From a virus (taxonomy: Duplodnaviria > Caudoviricetes): a stretch of DNA of 64,000 nucleotides. This document shows positions 1 to 9,254 of the stretch, in pieces. The first letter of the stretch is position 1. The number at the start of each line of letters is the position of its first letter. The notes under the pieces are model-generated. The model was not told the DNA's origin, made no database searches, and saw only the letters and a list, made by a program, of their open reading frames with translations. Both the position numbers and the translations under genes were made by a program. The stretch lies in the IMG/VR virus record IMGVR_UViG_3300027804_000071, positions 913 through 64,912 of that record; one strand, given 5' to 3'.

Positions 1-2
1 TG

Positions 3-3000
3 GTAACTATTTACAAGAACCCATTTAGCGTTACTCAAGACGAGACTATGCGTCACGAAATCATGCACTCTCTTGAGCAGATGATGACTCCAGAGGCACA
101 GATTGCTCTCGTTAACGCCTGGGCGGATGCTTTATCTAAAGCCATGAAGAAGCACACAGATGAAAGATCTCAGCTGTTCTTCAACGCTGTTCTTGACTAT
201 ATTGAGAACCCAACAAAGGCTAACTACCGTAAGGCAACCAATAAGCTTCCTGACCTTTCTTTCTACCAGTACATGAACCCATCAGAGTTCTGGGCCGTGA
301 ATGGTGAGAAGTTGATGAAGTCTCAGCTAGGTAATTCATGGGCTAGATTCGTTAAGGGTGTTCAGAAGATTCTTGAAGCATTGAAGAATGTATTCGGTTT
401 TGATAACCGTTACGCTGTTCACCGTGAGTTTGACCGCTTGATGAAGGCTGAGTCAGGCCAGATGACAGATACGATGTTGGCTGATTACTTGAAACAAAAT
501 GATGTTGAGATAGAGTTCCTCAATCAGGTAGAAGATGTGGATGAGCTATTAGATCGCCATGAGAGACCTGACACTCCGTTACACCCATCTGATTCAGTAA
601 AAGACCGCTTACTTGACAAGGTTGAAGACTTAAAAGGCTACCGTGACCGTGTGAGAGCCAATCCAAAGGTTGAAGCAGTCAACATGGTTGGCTCAGTAGA
701 CCGTGCTATTACCTACGCTCGTAACAAGAACGTATGGTTTGGCACTGGTTTGGAGTTGGCTGACCTTAAGAAATACATGGGTCAGTTGCGTGATAGCAAC
801 GGTTTCGCTATTGCCTCTATTGCCTTGACTAATGCCTTGCATGCTGGTCACGTAGCGACTCAGGTGATAACACAGGGTGGCTTGAGATTTGACCCAATAA
901 TGCAACAGTTCACAGCATACGCCAGCAAGTATTCATTGGCTAACGTGGTTCGTGAAAAAGCAAAACTAGTCAAGCAGTTAGGTGAGCAGCGAGCCAGTAA
1001 CCTCATTAACAGCTTCTTTGAAGCCAAGCGTTCACGCAGTATCCAGAATGAGTTCTACAACCGCCAGGCTGAGTACGAGACTCTCAAGCAGAAGTTTGAG
1101 GCTGCCGTAGAGACTGAAGAGAAAGACCAGTTATACAAAGACATGGTTGCTTCTAGAGAAGCTTTGGAGCGTGTGTCTGTGGCCATGGATAAGGTCAACA
1201 TGACCGATGAGGCCATTGATGATTTCATCGCCATGGAGAAGAAGTTCCCTGAGCTACGTGAAATGATGAAAAACTGGACGGCTGTTAATCAGAACATGAT
1301 TGACAACATGGAGTTCTCTGGAATTATCAGCAAGAAACGTGCCGCACAGCTTCGTGAGATTGAGGACTATGTGCCTTGGTATCGTATCCAGGACGAGATG
1401 GCAGACCCACATGACCCAGTATCTTCTGGCGTTCGTGGCTTGACCAACGTAGGTAAAGAGAAGAAGTTTAAGAAGGGTGCTACAGATAAGGACATCGATG
1501 ACATCGTGGATAACATGATTCATAACGTCATGATGACTACCCGTAACTCTATTCGTAACTACGCTGCCAACCGTATCGCTATGGAGTATGCGACCCGTAA
1601 TGACAAGGATAAGATTAAGGTATTCCCGAAAGAAGGCGTGATGCCAGACGGTGCTGTTCGTGTCAATATCTTAGCTAACGGCCGTAGGATTGTGATTGAG
1701 ATCAAAGACCCACTAATTGCTGAAGCAGTTCTTGGTATGGAGTCTATTGAGATACCGATGTATAACGTCTTGGGCATGATGGCCAACGGTCTACGCAGAG
1801 GTATTACAACCTTCCCAATCTTCCAAGTTAAGCAGTTATTCATGGATGCTCCTACAGCTGCATGGGTATCTGGTGTGAAGAACCCGTTTGCAGTATGGGG
1901 TAAGACATTTGGCAGCTTTGTGGCAGCCCTCAACCCTAATGACCCAATCGTTAAGATGATGAAGTCATACGGTATTGGCGGTTACCAGTCATCAGCTAGA
2001 ACACCAGAGAAAGAGTTGAAACTCCAGATTGGTTTGATTGGCCGTTCACCATTCGCAAGAATGATGCGCATCCTAGACCATATTGGTGATGCCTCTGACT
2101 ACGCCCAGCGCCGCGCTATCTACAAGCAAGTCTTGAAAGAGACTGGTGATGAGATGCAAGCGTTAATCCAGGCGAACAACGTCATTGACTTCTTGAAGCA
2201 CGGTAGTGCAAAGCATGCCCAGTTCTTGACCAGAACCGTATCGTTTATGAACGCCTATGCTCAGTCAGTGGATGTTTTAGCACAGTCTATGGCTGGTGGC
2301 GGTCTAAAGGGTAAGGAACGCTCTAAGGTGTTTGCTCAGTTCGTTAAAACTGGCATGATCTTGGCTGGCTTGTCATTGCTTTACTCATTCGCTGTAGGTG
2401 ACGATGAGGAATACCAGAAGATGGATGACCAGACGAAGCTTAGAAACTTCATCATTCCTAAGTCATTGACCAAGCTAGTTGGCATGGAAAACTCTGTAAA
2501 GATTCCTATGCACACCACAGCCAGCTTCTTCTTCAAGTCTATGCCTGAGTTGCTATACAACAAGATCATGAACGAAGGAACTAAGAACCATGTGGATAAC
2601 CAGCGCTTGAGAACAGCGATGCGTGAGGCTGCGGTTGATGCGTTGCTTGGCCCTAACGTAACTCCTACTGGTGTTAAGCCGTTCTTAGAGATTGCTTTGA
2701 ACAGAAACTTCTTTACAGGCGGCGCATTGACACCAAAAGGTATGGAGAATCTAGAGGCTTTCCGTCAATACACAGCCAATACATCTGAGTTGGGTAAGGT
2801 CATCAGCAAGGGTACATTCGGTGTATTGAACCCAATTGAGGCTGACCACTTGATGAAGAGCTTGTTAGGTACTGTAGGTGCTTCAGCCATGTGGGGATCT
2901 AACTTGTTCTCTGGTGACCGAGTAGAGCCTAATGCCAGCGCTAATCCGCTATATGGTGCGTTCGTATCAGCTCCTGTGCCTCGTGGTCCAGAAGACATCT

Positions 3001-3305
3001 ATTACGACCTCAAAGAACGTTCTACCAAGGTTTACACCACTTACATTGACATGATGAAGAAAGGTAGAACCGAGGAAGGCAAGAAGTACCGCAGCGAGAA
3101 TGAGGCCCTATTCAAGGCATACGGCTACACCAACGGTGTGGAACAGGGCTTGAAACAGTTGAACGCTGAGATCCGTAGGATTGGTGACTTGCCAGGTGAT
3201 AAGTTGTCTGGCGCGGAGAAACGGGAAAGAATCACCTACTATCAGGGTAAGAAGAACGATATTCTGAAGGATGTGATTGAGTATCGTAAGAGAGCTGGAC
3301 TGTAA
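3..3305 (+). CDS. C-terminal part of a giant polyvalent/DNA-ejection protein (HExxH zincin-like motif; LPD38-like C-terminus); 5'-truncated
   Basis: Frame is open from position 3 (VTIYKNPF...TMRHEIMH), with HEIMH at 54-68. The C-terminal PTGVKPFLEIALNRNFFTG...QYTANTSELGK..NPIEADHL resembles LPD38 (from recall). Confidence 0.75.
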   Translation, partial: VTIYKNPFSVTQDETMRHEIMHSLEQMMTPEAQIALVNAWADALSKAMKKHTDERSQLFFNAVLDYIENPTKANYRKATNKLPDLSFYQYMNPSEFWAVNGEKLMKSQLGNSWARFVKGVQKILEALKNVFGFDNRYAVHREFDRLMKAESGQMTDTMLADYLKQNDVEIEFLNQVEDVDELLDRHERPDTPLHPSDSVKDRLLDKVEDLKGYRDRVRANPKVEAVNMVGSVDRAITYARNKNVWFGTGLELADLKKYMGQLRDSNGFAIASIALTNALHAGHVATQVITQGGLRFDPIMQQFTAYASKYSLANVVREKAKLVKQLGEQRASNLINSFFEAKRSRSIQNEFYNRQAEYETLKQKFEAAVETEEKDQLYKDMVASREALERVSVAMDKVNMTDEAIDDFIAMEKKFPELREMMKNWTAVNQNMIDNMEFSGIISKKRAAQLREIEDYVPWYRIQDEMADPHDPVSSGVRGLTNVGKEKKFKKGATDKDIDDIVDNMIHNVMMTTRNSIRNYAANRIAMEYATRNDKDKIKVFPKEGVMPDGAVRVNILANGRRIVIEIKDPLIAEAVLGMESIEIPMYNVLGMMANGLRRGITTFPIFQVKQLFMDAPTAAWVSGVKNPFAVWGKTFGSFVAALNPNDPIVKMMKSYGIGGYQSSARTPEKELKLQIGLIGRSPFARMMRILDHIGDASDYAQRRAIYKQVLKETGDEMQALIQANNVIDFLKHGSAKHAQFLTRTVSFMNAYAQSVDVLAQSMAGGGLKGKERSKVFAQFVKTGMILAGLSLLYSFAVGDDEEYQKMDDQTKLRNFIIPKSLTKLVGMENSVKIPMHTTASFFFKSMPELLYNKIMNEGTKNHVDNQRLRTAMREAAVDALLGPNVTPTGVKPFLEIALNRNFFTGGALTPKGMENLEAFRQYTANTSELGKVISKGTFGVLNPIEADHLMKSLLGTVGASAMWGSNLFSGDRVEPNASANPLYGAFVSAPVPRGPEDIYYDLKERSTKVYTTYIDMMKKGRTEEGKKYRSENEALFKAYGYTNGVEQGLKQLNAEIRRIGDLPGDKLSGAEKRERITYYQGKKNDILKDVIEYRKRAGL

Positions 3306-3330
3306 AAAAAGGGGGGTTTTGACACCCCCC
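3304..3330 (-). terminator. Intrinsic terminator between convergent genes
   Basis: GGGGGG-ttttgaca-CCCCCC hairpin with an A7 tract on + (U-tract on the minus strand), downstream of rusA. Confidence 0.65.
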
Positions 3331-3362
3331 TAAACCACTCTCACTTCAAGGAAACTACACGA

Positions 3363-3728
3363 TCAGTCTATAGGCAAAATGACTATCGTGCAACCGCCCC
3401 CAGGGATTATTTCCTGGCGAATTATGTGTAGCTCGTCTATCTGGTTATCGTTCTCATAGCAGCCCGCATGCTCACATGCATCGAGCAAACTCTTTAAAAC
3501 GTTGTCCACGTCCCTCTTACGTCTGTCGGGAGGGAAGAGTGCTATGTGTACCGCTAAACGGCCTTCTAGGGCCTGTATTCCAGCCTCATTGACCGCATCC
3601 ATTACCTTAGCCCTGAACTCTTTACCCTTCTTGCCAATGAACCTATGGTTTCCTGATTGACCCCAGTAGTGATTGACACTGGGAGGGTACGGTAGTTGGA
3701 GTTGAATGTGCATGCCGTACTGTAACAT
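3363..3728 (-). CDS. rusA: RusA-like Holliday junction resolvase
   Basis: LPYPPSVNHYW and PPDRRKRDVDNVLKSLLD...NDNQI motifs typical of RusA. Confidence 0.9.
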   Translation of the reverse strand: MLQYGMHIQLQLPYPPSVNHYWGQSGNHRFIGKKGKEFRAKVMDAVNEAGIQALEGRLAVHIALFPPDRRKRDVDNVLKSLLDACEHAGCYENDNQIDELHIIRQEIIPGGGCTIVILPID

Positions 3729-3774
3729 TGTTACTACATAAATACAACAGGTGAAACTATTTTGGTATAACCTA

Positions 3775-3819
3775 TTGACATGACTTGCAACTGGTCATAA
3801 TATGGAGGCTCAACTGCTA
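3775..3819 (+). promoter_or_regulatory. sigma70-type promoter with TCAACTGCTA at predicted +1
   Basis: TTGACA (3775-3780), 17 bp, TAATAT (3798-3803); motif at 3810-3819. Confidence 0.75.
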
Positions 3820-3834
3820 GAAAAGGGGAAATCA

Positions 3835-3939
3835 ATGCGAATTATTGTCGGTTTAGTTACCGCTATTTTGTTGCCAGTAGCGATTGTCGTTGTGGCAATG
3901 CGGTGTGCAAAAGCTTTTGTTGAAAGGGGGATTGAGTGA
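3835..3939 (+). CDS. 34-aa single-pass hydrophobic peptide
   Basis: RBS AAGGGG; MRIIVGLVTAILLPVAIVVVAMRCAKAFVERGIE; GTGA overlap with the next gene. Below the ORF-track cutoff. Confidence 0.7.
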   Translation: MRIIVGLVTAILLPVAIVVVAMRCAKAFVERGIE

Positions 3940-4835
3940 AATTAACCAATAAGTATGGCATCCCACAGACGTTTATGAATGTCTTGGAACGCCCTACGTA
4001 TAGCAAAGGTAAGGCTAATATCTCAGCTACTCAGCTGTTGAATAGCCCAAAGATCGTTGCTTTGACCAAGAAGTTTGATGAGGAGTTGGAACAGGACGTG
4101 GCTGACATGATTTGGTCACTGTTTGGTTCAGCAATGCACAACATTCTTGAGCATGGCAAAGATGGCAATCATGTGGTGGAACAGCGTATCCACGTAGAGC
4201 ATGACGGTTGGCACATCTCAGGTGCTATTGACCTACAGATTGTGAATCCTGATGGCACGATTGATATTCGTGACTACAAGACTACATCTGCATGGGCAAT
4301 GATGAACGAGAAGATTGAGTGGGAACAGCAACTCAACATCTACGCATGGCTTATTGAGCGTGCCAAGAAGCAAACCGTTAGTTCTGTGGGTATCGTTGGT
4401 TTGATCCGTGATTGGAATCGCCGTGAGGCGGCTACGAAAGAGGGCTATCCAGAAGCTCCAGTCAAAGAAATCCCAATCAAACTGTGGACGTTTGACGAGC
4501 GTGAACAGTTTATCTCTAAAAGGGTGGCATTGCATAGTGCTTGTGATTTCGCCATGGAAACAGATGGCGAGTTACCTGACTGCACTCCGACAGAGATGTG
4601 GGAAAAGCCAACGGTTTGGGCTGTCAAGAAGGAAGGCAATATCAAAGCCAAGGCATTGTATGAGACTGAAGCCTTAGCAGAAGAGGCTGTAAGAGTCTTT
4701 TCTGAGAAGGATCCGAAGTCAAATTTCATCATAGAAGTAAGGCCAGGGGAGCGCACTCGTTGTGCAAACTTCTGTTCAGTTGCCCCATATTGCCAACAAT
4801 ATCGGGACTATTTAAATCTCAAGGAGGAAGTATGA
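3936..4835 (+). CDS. PD-(D/E)XK exonuclease (Cas4-like phage recombination nuclease)
   Basis: ISATQL, FGSAMHNILE, ISGAIDL..IRDYKTT, QLNIYAWL motifs; terminal Cys cluster RCANFCSVAPYC. Confidence 0.85.
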   Translation: MKLTNKYGIPQTFMNVLERPTYSKGKANISATQLLNSPKIVALTKKFDEELEQDVADMIWSLFGSAMHNILEHGKDGNHVVEQRIHVEHDGWHISGAIDLQIVNPDGTIDIRDYKTTSAWAMMNEKIEWEQQLNIYAWLIERAKKQTVSSVGIVGLIRDWNRREAATKEGYPEAPVKEIPIKLWTFDEREQFISKRVALHSACDFAMETDGELPDCTPTEMWEKPTVWAVKKEGNIKAKALYETEALAEEAVRVFSEKDPKSNFIIEVRPGERTRCANFCSVAPYCQQYRDYLNLKEEV

Positions 4836-4972
4836 AAAAGGTTATTTTGTGTTTATTTGTTGCAATGATTTCAACAAGCTCATTTGCAGCTATTAAGTGT
4901 GTTCCTAGTGGTGGCGGTACTTGCTGTTGGGACACAGTTCGTGACGGTCCATTTAAGCCAATTGGTTGCTGA
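4832..4972 (+). CDS. 46-aa exported Cys-rich peptide
   Basis: RBS GGAGG, ATG at 4832; signal peptide MKKVILCLFVAMISTSSFA followed by a mature part with 4 Cys. Confidence 0.65.
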   Translation: MKKVILCLFVAMISTSSFAAIKCVPSGGGTCCWDTVRDGPFKPIGC

Positions 4973-4973
4973 T

Positions 4974-5192
4974 ATGAGTTGTAAATTTGTTATTTGGGAT
5001 ACTTCCACAGGCATTTATGACGGAGCATATGCTGACAAAGATGTGGCTTTGGAAAGATATTTTGCTATGTTGGAAAACGACCCAAAGCGTGGATGGGTAT
5101 TAGCAGAAATTATTTACCCACAGGAGTTTAGGTTATCAGATGATAAGTTCCACGCAAAAGTAAGAACAAATCAAATTAAGGATTTCAAATGA
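4974..5192 (+). CDS. Hypothetical protein
   Basis: ORF packed between neighbouring genes; start chosen at ATG 4974. Confidence 0.55.
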   Translation: MSCKFVIWDTSTGIYDGAYADKDVALERYFAMLENDPKRGWVLAEIIYPQEFRLSDDKFHAKVRTNQIKDFK

Positions 5193-5920
5193 GTGTATAT
5201 AAAAAACTACAGGATGCACGTATTCAGTTACAGAATACAAAGCTTTCTAAATCAGGGAAAAACAAGTTTGCTGGGTATGAATACTTTGAATTGGGGGACT
5301 TTTTGCCTTCTATTCAGAATATCTGCCAAAAGGTAGGCTTGTGCGGTGTCGTGTCATTCAATGCTGACATGGCTTATCTGACCATCTATGACACAGACGG
5401 TGGCGACAGTAACTTTGTTACCTTCACATCCCCTATGTCATCGGCCGCCCTCAAGGGTTGCCATGATGTGCAGAACCTAGGTGCAGTTCAGACTTACCTA
5501 CGCCGTTATCTATGGACTAATGCTTTTGAGATTGTTGAGCATGATGCCTTGGATGCCACCATGGGTAATGAGAAAACAACTGTAACAGCTGTTACACCCA
5601 AACCAGTAATTAAAACTGTTAATGGTGAGCCTGTTGATAGTAACTTAAAACCAATCAAGCCTATCACTGGTCAAAAAGGTGAGTTCCAGATTGTTGCACC
5701 AGGAATCCCTGATTCAGAGCTAGACATTCCTCAATGGCTAGAGAACATCAAGCAAGCCGCTAGGGTTCTATTGGCTGTTGCTGATAGCGAAGAAGACGTT
5801 ATGCACATCTTCAAGAAGAACAAAGTTTTATTTGATGCAGTAAAAACCACCGATGCCGTGTTCTTCAAGGAACTTATGGCGTTATTCACAGAAGCAAAAA
5901 CACAACTAACTAAGGAGTAA
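5189..5920 (+). CDS. erf: ERF-family single-strand annealing protein
   Basis: KSGKNKFAGYEYFELGDFLP and QNLGAVQTYLRRY motifs; adjacent to the exonuclease. Confidence 0.85.
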   Translation: MSVYKKLQDARIQLQNTKLSKSGKNKFAGYEYFELGDFLPSIQNICQKVGLCGVVSFNADMAYLTIYDTDGGDSNFVTFTSPMSSAALKGCHDVQNLGAVQTYLRRYLWTNAFEIVEHDALDATMGNEKTTVTAVTPKPVIKTVNGEPVDSNLKPIKPITGQKGEFQIVAPGIPDSELDIPQWLENIKQAARVLLAVADSEEDVMHIFKKNKVLFDAVKTTDAVFFKELMALFTEAKTQLTKE

Positions 5921-5922
5921 TT

Positions 5923-6099
5923 ATGTTTAATTGGGAAAAATTGGCTATGTATGAAATTACAAAAGCCGAAAGACATTTAGTGGATACAGATGACCAGATT
6001 CACTGTTCAGTATGTGGAGAACATATTGGTGATCATGGTGTTAAAGATGGTGTTTTATTGCACCCACTAGACATCGCAAACATTATTAATAAGGATTAA
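5923..6099 (+). CDS. Hypothetical 58-aa protein (CxxC)
   Basis: RBS AAGGAG; MFNWEKLAM...HCSVCGEH. Confidence 0.55.
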   Translation: MFNWEKLAMYEITKAERHLVDTDDQIHCSVCGEHIGDHGVKDGVLLHPLDIANIINKD

Positions 6100-6101
6100 T
6101 C

Positions 6102-6359
6102 ATGGCAACTTTCGAGCAAAAACCAAATAGCGGTGCAATGTTTGTAAACGAACAGAAGAAAACAGAAAACCACCCAGACTGGCGTGGTGATCTACACCTA
6201 GACAAGACTTTCATTATTCAGCAGATGGATAAGATGGATGGTCCTTTGGTCAAGATCTCTTTGTCAGCTTGGTCTAAACAGGCTAAGTCAGGCAAGGACT
6301 ACCTATCCCTATCGGCATCTGAGCCGTGGGTTAAAAAAGACAGCGACTTACCATACTAA
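6102..6359 (+). CDS. Conserved phage protein, possible ssDNA-binding protein
   Basis: NSGAMFVNEQK..NHPDWRG...AW...GKDYLSLS with DLPY C-terminal tail; lies in the ERF operon. Confidence 0.55.
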   Translation: MATFEQKPNSGAMFVNEQKKTENHPDWRGDLHLDKTFIIQQMDKMDGPLVKISLSAWSKQAKSGKDYLSLSASEPWVKKDSDLPY

Positions 6360-6363
6360 GGAG

Positions 6364-6606
6364 ATGAACATGGCTAGAACAGTAGGTGCAAAAGACAAGA
6401 CCCCACGTAAGAAGAACCCAGCGGTTTCTCTTGAGAAGCAACTAGAGCAGTGGGATGCCAAAGAACAAAAGGTGGACTGGCAGGATCTATGTCAGAAGCT
6501 ACAGAGCGCATTGGCCAAAGCCTATGTTGATTGTGACTTGCTAGAAGTTACAGTAGCAGAGCAGAAGGTCATCATTCGTTACTTAGAAGGTCGTACTGTT
6601 GTATGA
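6364..6606 (+). CDS. Hypothetical protein (basic N-terminus, coiled coil)
   Basis: RBS AAGGAG; MARTVGAKDKTPRKK. Confidence 0.6.
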   Translation: MNMARTVGAKDKTPRKKNPAVSLEKQLEQWDAKEQKVDWQDLCQKLQSALAKAYVDCDLLEVTVAEQKVIIRYLEGRTVV

Positions 6607-7022
6607 ACAAGGTAAGTTTTGAGGGCGTAAAGGTCGCTATCAAGCAAGATAAGACTGGCTATGTGCTAACGCTATCTATCCATCCTGATGACATTCCTGA
6701 GGTACTACTCAGGGATTTCGTTGGGGCGCGGTATGGTGTGGCCATGGTCAGGATTGACGGCAACGAGCAACCAATGAACCGAGAAGCTGAGTTTGAAGGC
6801 GATAAGCTAATCCGTATAGCTGGCATGTTTAGCAAGGATAAGCAGTTCTGGAAGTATCTATATGACGATGCCCAGATATTTGAAGAGAACGAGAAGGAAG
6901 CCACTGATTGGTTAAGAACCTACCTGTGTATTCAGTCCCGTGCCGAGCTTAAAACGAATGTTCAAGCACAGCAACTTATGAAACAACTAGTTAAGGAATT
7001 TAACGAATGGAAAAGAAACTAG
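6603..7022 (+). CDS. Hypothetical protein
   Basis: 139-aa ORF with ATGA coupling. Confidence 0.6.
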   Translation: MNKVSFEGVKVAIKQDKTGYVLTLSIHPDDIPEVLLRDFVGARYGVAMVRIDGNEQPMNREAEFEGDKLIRIAGMFSKDKQFWKYLYDDAQIFEENEKEATDWLRTYLCIQSRAELKTNVQAQQLMKQLVKEFNEWKRN

Positions 7023-7285
7023 TACCGTACTCGGTGTACCTACCCGAAGAGCATGTAAAGAAGTTACGTGATCTAGCCAAAGACCGTAAGGCCTCTGAGC
7101 TAATCCGTGATGCAGTTATCAACATGCTAAGTGGTGGCGATACATTTAAAAGTGGTTACAACAAAGGTCTCAAAGATGCTGCGAAGGTAGTCTATGACTC
7201 ACCAGAAGCTCAGATGATTGCTGTTAAAAAGCGTGACTTGGGTGACATTTTGTCTGAACAGATTGAAGCATTGGAGATGAAATGA
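7007..7285 (+). CDS. Ribbon-helix-helix (CopG/Arc-like) DNA-binding protein
   Basis: VPYSVYLPEEHVKKLRDLAKDRKASELIRDAVINML fits the strand-helix-helix pattern. Confidence 0.55.
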   Translation: MEKKLVPYSVYLPEEHVKKLRDLAKDRKASELIRDAVINMLSGGDTFKSGYNKGLKDAAKVVYDSPEAQMIAVKKRDLGDILSEQIEALEMK

Positions 7286-7503
7286 GTGATGATCCAACAA
7301 GAGATATAGCGATTGAGGTATTCCAGATGTTGGCTGCCAAGGCTGATACTGATACTGCTGTAATACTATCTGCTGTGAGTATTGTCCTGGCTACTATTGC
7401 TGTAGAGGCTGGTATGGAAGAGGAAAAGGCAGTCTACGCTTTCCGTAAATCCTACGGCAACGCACAGAGAAGACTGAAGCGATTGATGAAAGAGGTGCAT
7501 TAA
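7282..7503 (+). CDS. Hypothetical protein
   Basis: Coupled ORF in the operon. Confidence 0.55.
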   Translation: MSDDPTRDIAIEVFQMLAAKADTDTAVILSAVSIVLATIAVEAGMEEEKAVYAFRKSYGNAQRRLKRLMKEVH

Positions 7504-7736
7504 TGAACGATGATGACTTGAGAGATTGCTTTGCTATGTTTGCTATGAACGGCTATGTATCTAATATGGGTTTTAACCCCCAAGCGCATGGCGGGATATG
7601 TAAAGATGGCGAAACTAATGCGGAGGCTGTTGCAAGAAGTTGCTACGAAATGGCAGATGCCATGATTGAAGCACGTAAACCTAAAGAAGAAGCTGGGTTA
7701 CCAGCTATCAGACGGAGAGTAAAGAAGGGTGAGTGA
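7503..7736 (+). CDS. Hypothetical protein
   Basis: TAATG coupling; DLRDCFAMFAM...ARSCYEMADAMIEARK is a common phage pattern. Confidence 0.6.
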   Translation: MNDDDLRDCFAMFAMNGYVSNMGFNPQAHGGICKDGETNAEAVARSCYEMADAMIEARKPKEEAGLPAIRRRVKKGE

Positions 7737-7878
7737 TCAAAACAAGTGGTGTACGTCATGCCGAATGATGAAGAACCCCATGGGTGGAGAGTGGATTGTT
7801 TCAAACAAGGGGCTTGTTAAGCGTTGGTCTTGTGCTTCTTGCCTTCAAAGAGCAAAGGAGCGAAAGGGGAAACTATGA
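7729..7878 (+). CDS. 49-aa zinc-finger-like protein
   Basis: GTG start; CTSC...CASC; ATGA overlap with the next gene. Confidence 0.5.
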   Translation: MSDQNKWCTSCRMMKNPMGGEWIVSNKGLVKRWSCASCLQRAKERKGKL

Positions 7879-8222
7879 AAGCTAGATATGTAGTAGGTTC
7901 AATATTGGTTGCTTGGATGGCTACCTATGTTTATGCCGTAAAAGCTGAGACAGTTGCAACTCAGCCTAACCAGGCTGGCGGGAAGATTGTTCTAACTGAT
8001 CAAATTTGCAAGTACGATGGTCAGGTATTCGATAAATTAAACCGTGCCTATAACTATGGCAGTGCAGGCTATACAAGCGAAGGCTGCTGGGGTGTTGAGG
8101 ATGAAACAGTGATTGTTTACTGGATTGATACAGACCAGAAGATGCGTTATCCAGCTACTGCTTTCACTATGAGTCCTAAATATAGTAAGAAAAAGGGAAA
8201 TAGCGATGGATACAGATATTAA
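7875..8222 (+). CDS. Exported hypothetical protein
   Basis: RBS AAGGGG; signal peptide MKARYVVGSILVAWMATYVYA. Confidence 0.6.
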   Translation: MKARYVVGSILVAWMATYVYAVKAETVATQPNQAGGKIVLTDQICKYDGQVFDKLNRAYNYGSAGYTSEGCWGVEDETVIVYWIDTDQKMRYPATAFTMSPKYSKKKGNSDGYRY

Positions 8223-8397
8223 AGAAGACAAGGCTTGGGTAACCAAGTTCCGTAACTTTGCAATCGTTTTGCTTGTTGGCTTTGCTTTGGGAACCGTAGT
8301 CTCAAACATTACTTATACCTACCACTTACAACAGGATTGCGACACTATGAAGCAGTTCCGTATTGGTAAGTTGGCCTACACATGCATGGTGAAGTGA
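8206..8397 (+). CDS. Small membrane protein
   Basis: One hydrophobic segment, FAIVLLVGFALGTVV. Confidence 0.55.
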   Translation: MDTDIKEDKAWVTKFRNFAIVLLVGFALGTVVSNITYTYHLQQDCDTMKQFRIGKLAYTCMVK

Positions 8398-8705
8398 TGA
8401 AGCCACATAAACACGCAGAATTAATCAAAGCATGGGCTGATGGCGCTGAGATTGAGTCTAGGAATTTATGCACAGCAACATTGTCCTGGGAGGACTGGAA
8501 ACTAAATGAGACCCCAAATTGGTCAGTCAGTGATTTCGTTGAGTTCCGCATCAAGCCTACGCCAATAAAGCTTGATATTGTTGTATTAAGACATCTTAGA
8601 TTTTGGAGAGACAATTTATTAGCTGACCCAAATGAAGAGCCAAATATTAAATTTGTTTTTGATGGTGAAACTAGGAAAGTTAAATCAGCAGAGGTATTGA
8701 AATGA
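8397..8705 (+). CDS. Hypothetical protein
   Basis: MKPHKHAELIKAWADGAEIE...FRIKP, a common phage pattern. Confidence 0.6.
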   Translation: MKPHKHAELIKAWADGAEIESRNLCTATLSWEDWKLNETPNWSVSDFVEFRIKPTPIKLDIVVLRHLRFWRDNLLADPNEEPNIKFVFDGETRKVKSAEVLK

Positions 8706-8751
8706 GCTGGGCCATCTTAATCTGCCTCATCGTGATTGTGTATCGCCTTGA

Positions 8752-8976
8752 GTGCATATTGAAGGAGTTGCGGAAATGACATCAAAAGATAGGTTTCCAA
8801 ATCACGAAACAATATGCGGTCAATGTGGCACAACAATTTATAAACCATTTAAAGGGTTAAGTGATAAAGAAATAACTGAAGTGTTTGATGAGTGTTACCC
8901 AAATAACGGTGATGGTGATGTTGTTACATTGATTGATTTTGCTAGAGCAATACTAAAGAAAGCGAGTGAGAAATGA
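8752..8976 (+). CDS. Hypothetical protein (start uncertain)
   Basis: GLSDKEI...FARAILKKASEK pattern. Confidence 0.55.
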   Translation: MHIEGVAEMTSKDRFPNHETICGQCGTTIYKPFKGLSDKEITEVFDECYPNNGDGDVVTLIDFARAILKKASEK

Positions 8977-9254
8977 GAAAAGTGAGCATACGAACAGTTG
9001 AAGGTGATATTGGATTGGCACGTAGTGTTGCTAATGGAACAACCAAGTTTCCTTTTCTTAACTACTGTGCAGACCAGATGGAAAGGATGCTTGAAGAGAT
9101 TAAAGATGCAAGAAAGAAAAAAGAGTGGCAGTACCTGACAGACGATGAGATTAAAGAAATCGTTGGTAGCTACGGCGACGGTGTTGGCGGTTACACCCGT
9201 GAACTGTTTGAAAAAATACAGGCCAAGATAAAGGAAAAGAACTTTGATTCCTAA
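8973..9254 (+). CDS. Hypothetical protein
   Basis: LTDDEI...IQAKIKEKN pattern, similar to the preceding ORF. Confidence 0.55.
   Translation: MRKVSIRTVEGDIGLARSVANGTTKFPFLNYCADQMERMLEEIKDARKKKEWQYLTDDEIKEIVGSYGDGVGGYTRELFEKIQAKIKEKNFDS

Noticed and set aside
3936-4835. Cas4-like nuclease as evidence of a CRISPR system
   Set aside because: No repeat-spacer array or other cas genes were seen, and the context (ERF, SSB-like) is recombination.
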